Origin: Acidobacteriota bacterium | GTDB taxonomy: Bacteria > Acidobacteriota > UBA6911 > JACQSX01 | Length of the DNA: 64,000 nucleotides | Reading direction: 5' to 3' | Assembly (NCBI GenBank): GCA_016211105.1 | Contig: JACQSX010000038.1 | Span: 12,876-76,875, forward strand | Part shown: positions 9,218-17,950 of the stretch, in pieces | Numbering within the stretch: position 1 is the stretch's first letter | How the letters are laid out: each line of letters opens with the position of its first letter | Translations under genes and position numbers: made by a program | The notes under the pieces: model-generated | Told to the model about the DNA's origin: nothing | What the model saw: only the letters and a program-made list of their open reading frames with translations | Database searches by the model: none

Positions 9218-9948
9218 GCCGCCGTTTTCTCGTACACCCCCAGCAGCCGCCGCACAAATTCCGAAAGCCCCGGCATTACTTTGTTAAATTCCTGTGTCAT
9301 GCGCATGCGCAGGACGGTGTAGACATAGACGACATAGACACAGGCCAAAAATACATCCGTTCCGAACATGTCTTTGCTGATGGTTTGGAAGCCGGCCGCT
9401 TCCCCCACCTGATGGACAAACGCCACCGCCTCTCCCACTCGCATGTAGATATCTCCGGCGGTGGGCCCATTCATGTCGCACGCTTCGTAGGTTACCAACG
9501 GCAGTGCCCCGGTTTGGGTCTTCGGGTCCCACATCCAACGCGTCCACAGCCAATATCTTTCGGGATCACTGAAGTGCAGAATCTCGCTGGCAAAATCCTG
9601 ACGCACGTTGGCCTCCACACCCTCCAGATGGTCCAGGAAATTCTGAAAGCGCACTCCTACTTCCCGCTCGCCGTAAAGGAGATTCCATGTCCAATTACGC
9701 CAACTCTCCAGGCGGAACTGCTCCAGAATCGACTCCGCTTTTCGGCGTGTTGAAAACACATGACGGAGCAAAGTCAAATACTCGGCTGGAGAAAGCTGCC
9801 CGATCGCGTCCCGGCTGAGCTTCTGCTGGAACCATTGAGACTTACGTTCCACCTCGCTACAAATTTTCTGTAACTCCTCCGGCGCAATCTTGTCCAGCGC
9901 TTCGCGCATAAACTCCTTGGCGCTTTCGGTGTCAACGACTTGAGCCAT
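9214..9948 (-). CDS. shdrH: Conserved hypothetical protein in the sHdrH position
   Basis: About 245 aa with no recognisable cofactor motif. It sits directly after the hdrA-like gene, where shdr clusters carry the conserved 'hyp'/sHdrH gene. The start is ambiguous: GTG 9966, or ATG 9948 with a GGGAAG SD. Confidence 0.55.
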   Translation of the reverse strand: MAQVVDTESAKEFMREALDKIAPEELQKICSEVERKSQWFQQKLSRDAIGQLSPAEYLTLLRHVFSTRRKAESILEQFRLESWRNWTWNLLYGEREVGVRFQNFLDHLEGVEANVRQDFASEILHFSDPERYWLWTRWMWDPKTQTGALPLVTYEACDMNGPTAGDIYMRVGEAVAFVHQVGEAAGFQTISKDMFGTDVFLACVYVVYVYTVLRMRMTQEFNKVMPGLSEFVRRLLGVYEKTAA

Positions 9949-10135
9949 GCAACTACTTCCCGTCACGCGCTAAACTGCCGTCTACGATTTCCAATACGAG
10001 CGCGTGGCTGGAGCACATCGGTTTTGAATTCCTGATTCTGACTTATGGATTGGAGCGCTCGTCTTACCCCGTGGATGACCGAGCCCCTCTCGCTCCAACG
10101 CCTTCCGGTATTGCCTGAGCCTGTAACCGCCCCCG

Positions 10136-11197
10136 TCACCCTGCCAATCGTTGCGTCCGCTGCACTGCGGCAAGCGCTTTCATCGCCGCCGCGTTGGCCG
10201 ATGACACGGTGTCTTCGAGATCCGCCGGGCCGGTGGCGGCGCCGCAAACAAACACTCCCTCCACATTCGTGGTTACCGTGTTCAATGCTCCGCCAATGGT
10301 TTCAATGAATTTGTATTTGTTTTGTTTCAGCCCAAAGATCTGCGCCATTTCGCGCGTGCCGGCGCTCGACTCCATGCCCACGGACAACACCACAATATCC
10401 ATGGGCACTTCCATGGGACGGCCCATGGTGGTGTCCTCGCCGCGTACCAGCAGGCGATCCCCCTTCTTCATAATTTCAGTCGCGATGCCCTTAATGTAAC
10501 TAACCTTATATTTCTCCTGCGCCGGCCAGTAAATCAGATTCTCCCAATAACCGTACATGCGCATGTCGATGTAAAAGATAAAAACCTTGCAATTCGGCAA
10601 CTGTTGGCGCACCTCAATGGCCTCTTTTGAGGCGACTCCGCAACACACCTTGGAGCAATACTCATTTCCTATTTGACGGTCACGCGAGCCCACACACTGG
10701 ATAAAGCAGAGCCGCTCGGGCGGTTGGCCGTTAGAAGGACGCACCACGTTATGCTCCTTGAGCATCTTTTCCAGATCGACCAGCGTGATGACATCGTCAA
10801 ACTCGTAGTATCCGTATTGCTGGGTCTCACGGCCTGGATCGAAATGTTGGAAGCCCGTGGCGATGATCACGGCGCCCGCCTTTACTTTCTCTGCGGTTTG
10901 CCCGTTTTTCAGCGTGACCTCAAAATCCCCCAGCCTGCCCGTTGCCGCGGTCACGGTCGAATTCAGCCGGATCGTCACGTTTGCGTTATTTTCAATCGCG
11001 GCAACCATCTCGGCCGTCGCCTCCGAAGCGCTGCGAAAGTCCGGGGTGAGCGCCGCGTATCCAGCCTCGTCCGGCATGCCGCCAAGACAGGAGCGCTTTT
11101 CCACAAGAATGGCGCGATAACCAAGGTCGGCGACACCACGCGCCGCCTCCATGCCGGCCGGACCCCCACCGATGATAAGAATTGATTGTTCAGGCAT
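10136..11197 (-). CDS. shdrA: sHdrA-like FAD/[4Fe-4S] flavoprotein (short HdrA form)
   Basis: 353 aa. It has the N-terminal 'ILIIGGGPAGMEAA' dinucleotide fold and the HdrA-type Cys cluster 'CFIQCVGSRDRQIGNEYCSKVCC'. No extra ferredoxin domains are present. Confidence 0.85.
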   Translation of the reverse strand: MPEQSILIIGGGPAGMEAARGVADLGYRAILVEKRSCLGGMPDEAGYAALTPDFRSASEATAEMVAAIENNANVTIRLNSTVTAATGRLGDFEVTLKNGQTAEKVKAGAVIIATGFQHFDPGRETQQYGYYEFDDVITLVDLEKMLKEHNVVRPSNGQPPERLCFIQCVGSRDRQIGNEYCSKVCCGVASKEAIEVRQQLPNCKVFIFYIDMRMYGYWENLIYWPAQEKYKVSYIKGIATEIMKKGDRLLVRGEDTTMGRPMEVPMDIVVLSVGMESSAGTREMAQIFGLKQNKYKFIETIGGALNTVTTNVEGVFVCGAATGPADLEDTVSSANAAAMKALAAVQRTQRLAG

Positions 11198-11294
11198 CCA
11201 CGTCCCTCCAGGTGAGATAAAGTTTGTCGCCTCTCAACGATGCAATTGCGATGTCAAATTTGTGCCGCGACTTCTGCCTGCTGCCCACTGCCTC

Positions 11295-12539
11295 TCAATG
11301 AAGAGCAGGTTCCGGGTGCGCCGATGGCGCCGCCACGGATTCGGCATCCGCATCTTCCCAGGTGAGATACTGCTTGTCACCCTGTTTCAAAGCTTCGACC
11401 GCTGTCTCAAACTCGCGCCACGCCTTCTCCGTGTCAATGCCAATCTTCTCCAGAAACGGCTTGTTGTCGGTACTGTGCCAATGCAGTTGCAGAACTTTAT
11501 AGGGATGCGCGCCCATGGCGAGCGCCGCAATCTGAGAGTCAGACATCACGGGAATTCCCACATTACGGCCGTGCGCTCTGGCGGCAAATTGGCTGTGGTC
11601 TAAAGTGGTCACGCAGCCCGTATCGTGAGTGACTGTAACATCGGGATTTGCCTCTTGCTTCATCACTTCAATTTTCCGCATGGTCGCGAAAGATCTGGAA
11701 AAATCGCGCGAGACCAAGATGTGCCTGAAACCAAAACCGCAGCAGTCAAACCACGTGGAATAGTCGGCCACCTCAATTCCCAACGCCTTCAACGTCGCGG
11801 TAATAATCGCAGACCGCTGCCCGCCGTAAATCTCCGGATCATAAATCGCGTCCTCGGTAATCAGCTTATGGTAGTGGCAAGCCGGATGGACGGTGGCCCG
11901 AATCATGCTCAAGTTGCGCACCTGATGGTCGGCGATCTTATCCCGTACCACGTGTACCCACTCGCTGTAATGCACAATCTCCTCGGGAATTACAAACTTC
12001 TTGCCCAGCCGAGCCAAAATTCCTCGCACCTGCCGCCGCAACTCGGGGCTGTGAATGAGTTGATGGCGCGTTTCTTTGTAATGTCCGAAACTCGTCCCAC
12101 AGTGGATGATCGGGTAATAGGTGGTTTCGGCTGCAGCCGCAAAATTACGCATCGCTACCGCAGCCTGCGCCGCAGCATTCGATGTGGCCGAGGCATAATA
12201 GTTCCAGGCGGTGCATGAGGTTTGATCCGTGGGATCCAGATAGTCGAAACCCAGCTTGCGATTCATCCAGAAGATTGAAGTGGAATAGCCAGGAATATGC
12301 CCGCATTGGCCGCAGCTCTTGTGATGCCAGGTGCGCTGCAACGGAATTTTCTTCTTGCGGCCGTACTTGGTCTCCACCTCGACATAGGGCTCCGGCACAC
12401 GCTGAACTTCCCATTCACCTTCCTTCTCGAGTTGCAGAATAATGTCGTGGATATCCTCCGTTGGAGCCTGTTCAGGACTGCGAACGAACTGGCGATCCTT
12501 CGCTTTGGATACAGAAACTAAACCCTCCCGTGGAATCAT
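11295..12539 (-). CDS. shdrB1: sHdrB1-like CCG-domain protein
   Basis: 414 aa. Cys-rich CCG-type motifs are 'CGQCGHIPG', 'CTAWNYYA' and 'FDCCGFGFRH'. An AAGGAG SD is present. Confidence 0.8.
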   Translation of the reverse strand: MIPREGLVSVSKAKDRQFVRSPEQAPTEDIHDIILQLEKEGEWEVQRVPEPYVEVETKYGRKKKIPLQRTWHHKSCGQCGHIPGYSTSIFWMNRKLGFDYLDPTDQTSCTAWNYYASATSNAAAQAAVAMRNFAAAAETTYYPIIHCGTSFGHYKETRHQLIHSPELRRQVRGILARLGKKFVIPEEIVHYSEWVHVVRDKIADHQVRNLSMIRATVHPACHYHKLITEDAIYDPEIYGGQRSAIITATLKALGIEVADYSTWFDCCGFGFRHILVSRDFSRSFATMRKIEVMKQEANPDVTVTHDTGCVTTLDHSQFAARAHGRNVGIPVMSDSQIAALAMGAHPYKVLQLHWHSTDNKPFLEKIGIDTEKAWREFETAVEALKQGDKQYLTWEDADAESVAAPSAHPEPALH

Positions 12540-12561
12540 GATTTGTGCTCCTTAATCGATA

Positions 12562-13266
12562 TTAGTTGAATGAGGCGTCATAGCCGGCCTCTTCCAGCCT
12601 TTCCTCCATCACGTCCTGCAAAATCATAAACAAGCCCTCATCCACCTCTTTGATGATGTCCATCACCCCAGTCATGTGCCAGATGAGGTAGAGCTCGATC
12701 ACGGTTTTGTCATCCACCGCCCAACCCGTTTCCGTTGTGTGGAGAGTTTCCGGCGGAAGCGCGCGTCTCCAAACATCCAGGTTGTTCGAAATCTCTTTTA
12801 CATGGGGACCCCAGTCAGGAAAGGCATTCGGCTGAAGCATATCCGGGGAGACCTGAGTACCCGTAGACATGATTTTGTACACAATCCGCCCATAACCTTC
12901 CAGTGCTTCCTGTGCGCTCGCCAAGCCATTCTTCACCGCCACTTCCCGCATTACGGTGATTAGACCTCCCGGAGAATTTTGGCGCGGGCAGCGGTCGCAG
13001 GAAAAGCACTGGGAACAATCCCAGATGCTATCGTTGAGGAAGACATAAAAAAGATCGACATCCTCCCGCGCAGCCGTTTGCGCGATTTTTCGCGGACTGA
13101 AATCGTAGAATCGCGCCGACGGACAGGCAGCCACGCACACTCCGCACTCATAGCAACCATAGAGATACTCGTCAAAGCGGAAGTCCGCTTTCACTTCATT
13201 GAAGAGTCGCTGCTTTTCTTCAAACGGGACCTGCGCGTACTGCTTGCCCGATAGGTCAAGCGCCAT
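12562..13266 (-). CDS. shdrC1: sHdrC1-like 2x[4Fe-4S] ferredoxin subunit
   Basis: 234 aa with 'CYECGVCVAACP' and 'CSQCFSCDRCP'. Confidence 0.8.
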   Translation of the reverse strand: MALDLSGKQYAQVPFEEKQRLFNEVKADFRFDEYLYGCYECGVCVAACPSARFYDFSPRKIAQTAAREDVDLFYVFLNDSIWDCSQCFSCDRCPRQNSPGGLITVMREVAVKNGLASAQEALEGYGRIVYKIMSTGTQVSPDMLQPNAFPDWGPHVKEISNNLDVWRRALPPETLHTTETGWAVDDKTVIELYLIWHMTGVMDIIKEVDEGLFMILQDVMEERLEEAGYDASFN

Positions 13267-13357
13267 GATCTATCTCCATTTGTCACTGCTCCATCTTGCG
13301 GGCCATGGAAAGCCTTGGATGCGATTTTTCCTGGTTCCGAATCCGGCGGCCGAGGTC

Positions 13358-13765
13358 TCAAGAATTCCCCGGAATGCAACCAAGGTTACTTTTTTCTCTC
13401 TCCACAGTTCGGCCCTTCTCTTCCACATCGTAGCCGAACCACCCCATGTCCCATTCACCGGATTTAAGTTTGCTCTCGCCTTCGGTAAAACAGGTCAGGA
13501 TCTTGTAAATAAATTCGTTCGCGATCGAATAGTAGCAGGTGGTCCCTTGACGTCGAAACTGTACGATGCCCTTCTTGTACATAAGGCGAAGATGCTGCGA
13601 TGTCATCGATTGAATCATCCCCAGATGATTTTGAATCTCTGCCACCGAACGCTCACCACTTTGCAGGTATTTGATGATCTCCAGTCGCACGGGATGACCT
13701 AACGTTTTTAAGACTCGTGAAGCCCTGAGAAGAATCCCTGCCGCAAGATCCGTGGAAGCGACCAT
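13358..13765 (-). CDS. shdrR: ArsR/SmtB-family transcriptional regulator (sHdrR-like)
   Basis: 135 aa. The winged-helix region is 'LKTLGHPVRLEIIKYLQSGERSVAEIQNHLGMIQSMTSQHLRLMYKKGIV'. Two Cys residues ('TTCYYS', 'LTCFTE') are present. It is the first gene upstream of shdrC1. Confidence 0.8.
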   Translation of the reverse strand: MVASTDLAAGILLRASRVLKTLGHPVRLEIIKYLQSGERSVAEIQNHLGMIQSMTSQHLRLMYKKGIVQFRRQGTTCYYSIANEFIYKILTCFTEGESKLKSGEWDMGWFGYDVEEKGRTVEREKSNLGCIPGNS

Positions 13766-13769
13766 ATTT

Positions 13770-13875
13770 AATTCTTCGTATATAGAATTTTTACTATTAT
13801 TACCTTATTGGACCCGCCCAAGGTTTGTCAATGCTTTTTTATTTTGTGTTTTTTTATTTTGCCCAGCATTAAATC
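13770..13875 (-). promoter_or_regulatory. Candidate promoter/operator region of shdrR-shdrC1B1AH
   Basis: Read on the minus strand, an A-rich UP-like tract (AAAATAAAAAAACACAAAATAAAAAAGCA) is followed by TTGACA (13831-13826). A weak -10 (ATAAGG/TAAGGT) follows after 17-18 nt. The inverted repeat AATTCT-N8-AGAATT (13770-13789) then sits just before the start codon. Confidence 0.35.
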
Positions 13876-13930
13876 AGAACGGCGGGACTGGTTTGGCACA
13901 AGACCGGGCGGTCATTCTACCAATGGACTG

Positions 13931-14401
13931 TCAAGCCTCAAACCCCTCGACGTGCACGCACGCTTTGAGGTCTTCCTTGTCGATTTTTTGCCGGTAGGCT
14001 TCGACTGCAGCGTCACCCGACAGCATTTCCGCCAGCTCACTTTGCAGGTTCGTGGGCCGCATTCTCACAATCCATCCCTCGTTGTAAGGACTTTGGTTGA
14101 CCAGCTTGGCGTCTCGGGCGACTTTTGGATTCACGTCAATAATCTCACCCGAGAGCGGTGATTTCACCGGTCCCACCCACTTGGCGCTCTCCACCGTGGC
14201 GATTGGCTTCCCTTTTTCCCGTTTCGTTCCAACACCTTTGGCTTTGGCATAAAGCAACGGGCCGGCCATATTCTGTGCTACGTCGGTCATCCCCACTCGC
14301 ACCGTGCCGTCGTCATCAATTTTCACCCAGGTGTGATCGTCAACGCGATAGTACAGGTCCTTGCGAATCACACAACCGCGGATCTCTTGCTTCTCAGTCA
14401 T
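13931..14401 (-). CDS. lbpA: GcvH-like lipoate-binding protein LbpA (second copy)
   Basis: 156 aa. The lipoyl-lysine context is 'IATVESAKWVGPVKSPLSG'. A GGAGAGGTGAG SD is present. Confidence 0.8.
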   Translation of the reverse strand: MTEKQEIRGCVIRKDLYYRVDDHTWVKIDDDGTVRVGMTDVAQNMAGPLLYAKAKGVGTKREKGKPIATVESAKWVGPVKSPLSGEIIDVNPKVARDAKLVNQSPYNEGWIVRMRPTNLQSELAEMLSGDAAVEAYRQKIDKEDLKACVHVEGFEA

Positions 14402-14560
14402 CTCACCTCTCCAAATTTCCAGATTAAAGCAGGGGTTTATCTTGCACGCGACGTGAAAGGATCGGATGGTGTGATCCCCACTCCCCGTGTCTCAACCCGA
14501 CGGCAACCGCCACTACCCATCGCGCAATCCAGCGGACGGTAACACCGGAATTGGTAGCAC

Positions 14561-14640
14561 GGTAGAGACGCGACATGTCGCGTCTCTACCAAGGGCGCCA
14601 TTTTCAGCGCGGTACCCAATCTTCTGTTACGAGCCACTAG
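14561..14640. repeat. REP-like palindromic element, copy A
   Basis: Perfect 30-nt palindrome GGTAGAGACGCGACATGTCGCGTCTCTACC (14561-14590). A conserved tail GGTACCCAATCTTCTGTTACGAGCCACTAG (14611-14640) matches 25/30 positions of the tail of copy B at 27553-27582. Confidence 0.8.
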
Positions 14641-14645
14641 TGTCA

Positions 14646-15047
14646 CTAGTAGTACATCACATGGTCTGCTTCCAGCGCCAGATCAATAATGCTGGTCGCG
14701 CCCAGGATTTCGACACCAGGAATCAAATCTTCTGCTGCCATATTCCACAACGCCATGCTCTGCTGGCACACCCGCAATTTGACACCAGACTCCATGGTTT
14801 GCTGAAGCATCGTCTTGAGCGTAACATCACTGTTCGGATCAAGCTTGACCGTCTCCGCCGCACCCTTTTTGAGCTGGTTGGTGCCATCCATGGTGAACCA
14901 GACCATAACCTCCATCTCCATGGCAGCGGCGGCCATCGCATAAAAAAGTGGTGAATAGGTACGGCGCGGTGTTTCCACGCCGTGGGTTTGAATCACCAGG
15001 ATTTTCTTTCCTTCCCCGTCAATCATGTCGTCTATCCGTTCCTCCAA
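14646..15047 (-). CDS. DsrE/DsrF-family sulfurtransferase-like protein
   Basis: 133 aa. It has 'KKILVIQTHG' and a conserved-looking Cys in 'KLRVCQQSM'. The start codon directly abuts the stop of the upstream 97-aa ORF. Confidence 0.65.
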   Translation of the reverse strand: MEERIDDMIDGEGKKILVIQTHGVETPRRTYSPLFYAMAAAAMEMEVMVWFTMDGTNQLKKGAAETVKLDPNSDVTLKTMLQQTMESGVKLRVCQQSMALWNMAAEDLIPGVEILGATSIIDLALEADHVMYY

Positions 15048-15341
15048 TCATAGCTTGCGTTGCGAACCAAGATCTATGTCGCACGGCTTGCCCGGATCTG
15101 CCAGCACAAAAAGGTACTTTCTATGCCAACCCCAATCGTCGTTTTCCAGCATATAATCACGCAGCCGGTCCTTCTCGACATGATGTGCATGCAACCGGAA
15201 CTTCGCGGGTCGCTTTTCTTCTCCATCATCCACAACCTCCAAAAGCAGCCATTCTCCGGCCAGGCTTTGATACAATCGGGCCAGTTCCTGCAGGGAGATA
15301 TCTTTGCCGGTCCAATCATGCATTGCTTTCATCCATCCCAT
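15048..15341 (-). CDS. Hypothetical 97-aa protein
   Basis: ORF with an AAGGA SD, wedged between two DsrE-family genes. I recognise no motif ('...WLLLEVVDDGEEKRPAKFRLHAHHVEKDRLRDYMLENDDWGWHRKYLFVLADPGKPC...'). Confidence 0.5.
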   Translation of the reverse strand: MGWMKAMHDWTGKDISLQELARLYQSLAGEWLLLEVVDDGEEKRPAKFRLHAHHVEKDRLRDYMLENDDWGWHRKYLFVLADPGKPCDIDLGSQRKL

Positions 15342-15425
15342 TGCCGACCTATCCTTGGACCCAACTCATAGCGCAAACCAAATTCTGAGCTTGTCTCAGG
15401 GATAGACGGGACACTCAAAAATAAA

Positions 15426-15944
15426 CTAGATGAACAGGCTTACATCTGCGTCGGCCGCGTATTCAAGAAAGGTTGCGGCGCCCCCAATCTCGCACTGGGG
15501 GATAAAGTCGTCTCTCGCGAAACCGAAAACATCCATTGTCATCTGGCAGCCGATGAGGCGCACGTCCAATTCCACACAGGTGTCACGCAGTTGCTCCAGC
15601 GTCGCGACACCCTTCTTCTTGAAGGTCTGCTTCATTAGGCTTGTCGCCACAGAATCAAACCCAGGAAGGTTGGACATCAGCAGATTGGGAATCGGCCATT
15701 CTATTTTCTGGAAAGCTTCAGGCCCAAATGGCATCTTCATCGGCATCGCCGGATTGCCTACGGGGGACACGACCGCATCTAGCTTTTTCTTCAGAAGAAG
15801 CAAACCGTAGAAGGTGAAAAATATCGCCACTTCCCAATCCATTGCGGCTGCAGCGCTGGCCAAAATCAACGGCGGGTAACCCCAATCCAACGTGCCTTTG
15901 CTGGCAACCAGTGCCAGACGCCGTTTGCCGGTTTCTTTGGACAT
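15426..15944 (-). CDS. DsrE3-type (DsrE3A-like) sulfurtransferase
   Basis: Start taken at ATG 15944 (GAAGGAGAG SD). It has 'RRLALVASKGTLDWGYPPLILASAAAAMDWEV' and a Cys in 'RLIGCQMTMD'. Confidence 0.7.
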   Translation of the reverse strand: MSKETGKRRLALVASKGTLDWGYPPLILASAAAAMDWEVAIFFTFYGLLLLKKKLDAVVSPVGNPAMPMKMPFGPEAFQKIEWPIPNLLMSNLPGFDSVATSLMKQTFKKKGVATLEQLRDTCVELDVRLIGCQMTMDVFGFARDDFIPQCEIGGAATFLEYAADADVSLFI

Positions 15945-16058
15945 AAGATTCTCTCCTTCACCGCACCGCTTCAAAACGAAACTTGCAAGTTGCCGTCACA
16001 GAGGTCGGTACTAGGGACAAAGGTAGATGCTGACAGCAAGACTCGCGGTCGTCCCATT

Positions 16059-16301
16059 TCAGTGAGTTTTCTTAATTACAAAGTGGAACTTACCATCTTC
16101 CTGCTGATGGGCAACGAGTAATTCGTGCTGCGTCTGCCTAGCCCACGCTTCCATGTCCGGCATCGACCCAGGATCCGTAGCAATCATTTCCAGAACCTGT
16201 CCCACCTGCAGCTCTTTCAGGGCTTTGTTCGTCTTCACCACCGGCATGGGACAAAGCAGGCCGGTACAATCCAGAACCCTGTCTTGCTTGTATTCCGCCA
16301 T
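16059..16301 (-). CDS. tusA: TusA-family sulfur carrier
   Basis: 80 aa with the CPxP motif 'DCTGLLCPMPVVK'. Confidence 0.9.
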   Translation of the reverse strand: MAEYKQDRVLDCTGLLCPMPVVKTNKALKELQVGQVLEMIATDPGSMPDMEAWARQTQHELLVAHQQEDGKFHFVIKKTH

Positions 16302-16360
16302 CTTTTGGCTCTCCTATTAGCTTAAAGCTAAAAACTAAAGACTCGACGTACAGAAAATTG

Positions 16361-16389
16361 ATTATATCGACCGAGGAAAAGGTGATCAA
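16361..16389 (-). promoter_or_regulatory. Candidate sigma70 promoter of the tusA-dsrE operon
   Basis: The minus strand reads TTGATC-17 nt-TATAAT (-35 at 16389-16384, -10 at 16366-16361), about 60 nt upstream of the tusA ATG. The 5-1-5 inverted repeat AGCTTAAAGCT (16319-16329) lies in the leader. Confidence 0.45.
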
Positions 16390-16488
16390 GAAAACGGGCG
16401 GAAAAGACGGCTGCCTAATGGATCAAGAGCTGCGCGAAGACACATTGGCCCCCTCTACCTGTCTATTCTTGCTCCCTCGCGGTCTCCC

Positions 16489-17781
16489 TTATATCAATCC
16501 TCCAATTTCCTTGGCTGCCGGATAGAATTGAATGCTCGCTGTCTCGCGGAGCTTTTCTACGTGCTCTGCCATCTTTCTCGCGGCGATCTGCCGCGTCACG
16601 GATCTTCTTAGCTCATCGGCGCTCTTCAATTCCTTGGGGCTGATCGCCATGAGTTTAAAAATGCTGTATCCCTTGTCTCCCTTAATCGGCTTTGTGATTT
16701 CACCCGGCTTGATGTCGAGCAATGCTTTTTCCACGGACGTGTAAGGATGGTCCCCTATGATTACAGGATCGATTCTCCCGGAGTTAATCCTTGCATTCGG
16801 AGCGATCGAGCGGTCCATCGCCAAGCGATAGAAGTTTTCTCCCTTCAGAGCGCGCTCCCGAATGGAAGCAGCTTCCTTTTCAGCGCGGGCGACAATTAAG
16901 AGCACATCGGCCCGTTGCGGTTTGAAGCGGAGATATTCATTTTCCCTGACGAATGCTTCGATTTCGCCATTGTTGGGCCTATATTTCTTTTCCAGCTCCT
17001 TGCGGTGCACCACAATAGTCAGGTTTTTTCCATATTCGGCAGCGTCGCTGATGAATTTCTTATCCTGGTCCAATCCACCCTTTTTTGCCTCGGCGGCAAA
17101 AAGCTCCACTTCAACCGCCTGCGCCAGGAGATCCAGCAGGGCGCTCTTCGTATTACCCGAGTCAGCCAGGGCATCTTGCATGTCGCTGAAATAAATCTTG
17201 AAAGCCGCGGACGACACCAGCAGCTCGGCAGCTTTTAGTCCGGCGATTTCAGTCTTCGCCAGGATCGGATAATATTTGACCTGGTAGAAGTCAAACAGGC
17301 GCTCCTTTTCACGCGTCAGAACCTTCCGCCTTTCTTCATTCTGCAGCAGAGCCTTGGCCGCTTCTTCCGAAACGTGTTTCTCTCCGGAGTACCGGGCAAT
17401 TGCGTTGGTAGACCGTCGGATCTTCGCAAAGAGCCGCTGTCGATAGGCGTCTGCAAGCAACGATTTAGCGTAGCGATCTATCTCGTTTCGCAGATCCGTT
17501 CTGAGCTCGATTTTCGAGGCTATCGCCTCCTGGTAAAGCAGTTCCGAGTCGATAATTTCCCCCAATATCTGTAGGGTCGCCCTTTTCTGGTTGGAACTCG
17601 GCTGGATCTTGGCATCCGGCATAGCATACGGCGTGCTGTTCACTACCCTTCTGAGTTCCTCCATCGTAATGACTCGACCACCAACCTTGACGAGTGGAGT
17701 TTGAGCAGACGCGGGCAAACCAAAAAAGAGAATGACCAGCGTCGTTGTTAGAAGTTTCCCAAACACGTTTTCAATGCCCAT
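16489..17781 (-). CDS. SurA-like periplasmic peptidyl-prolyl isomerase (parvulin domain)
   Basis: The signal/anchor is 'LLTTTLVILFFGLPASAQ'. The C-terminal parvulin-like region is 'IKPGEITKPIKGDKGYSIFKLM'. The start is uncertain: ATG 17781 or GTG 17826. Confidence 0.65.
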   Translation of the reverse strand: MGIENVFGKLLTTTLVILFFGLPASAQTPLVKVGGRVITMEELRRVVNSTPYAMPDAKIQPSSNQKRATLQILGEIIDSELLYQEAIASKIELRTDLRNEIDRYAKSLLADAYRQRLFAKIRRSTNAIARYSGEKHVSEEAAKALLQNEERRKVLTREKERLFDFYQVKYYPILAKTEIAGLKAAELLVSSAAFKIYFSDMQDALADSGNTKSALLDLLAQAVEVELFAAEAKKGGLDQDKKFISDAAEYGKNLTIVVHRKELEKKYRPNNGEIEAFVRENEYLRFKPQRADVLLIVARAEKEAASIRERALKGENFYRLAMDRSIAPNARINSGRIDPVIIGDHPYTSVEKALLDIKPGEITKPIKGDKGYSIFKLMAISPKELKSADELRRSVTRQIAARKMAEHVEKLRETASIQFYPAAKEIGGLI

Positions 17782-17950
17782 CCCGATTTTTGACAGGTTC
17801 TCACGCTTGCCGTGCCCTGAGGACACTCAGGGTCACGTTTCACAATCGCGAAACTGGGTGCGCCCTGCCGGGCCGTAAATCAGGCGCCATAATAAAAAGA
17901 GGCCGGCAGACGTGCGGCCGGCCTCTGGCAATTTAACCTCCCGGATCGGA

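Noticed and set aside
14437-14954. ORFs 14437-14646 (-) and 14487-14954 (+), which both contain the peptide 'VETRHVASLP'.
   Set aside because: The shared peptide is an artefact of translating the perfect 30-nt palindrome on both strands. The region is the REP-like element plus the antisense strand of the dsrE-like gene.
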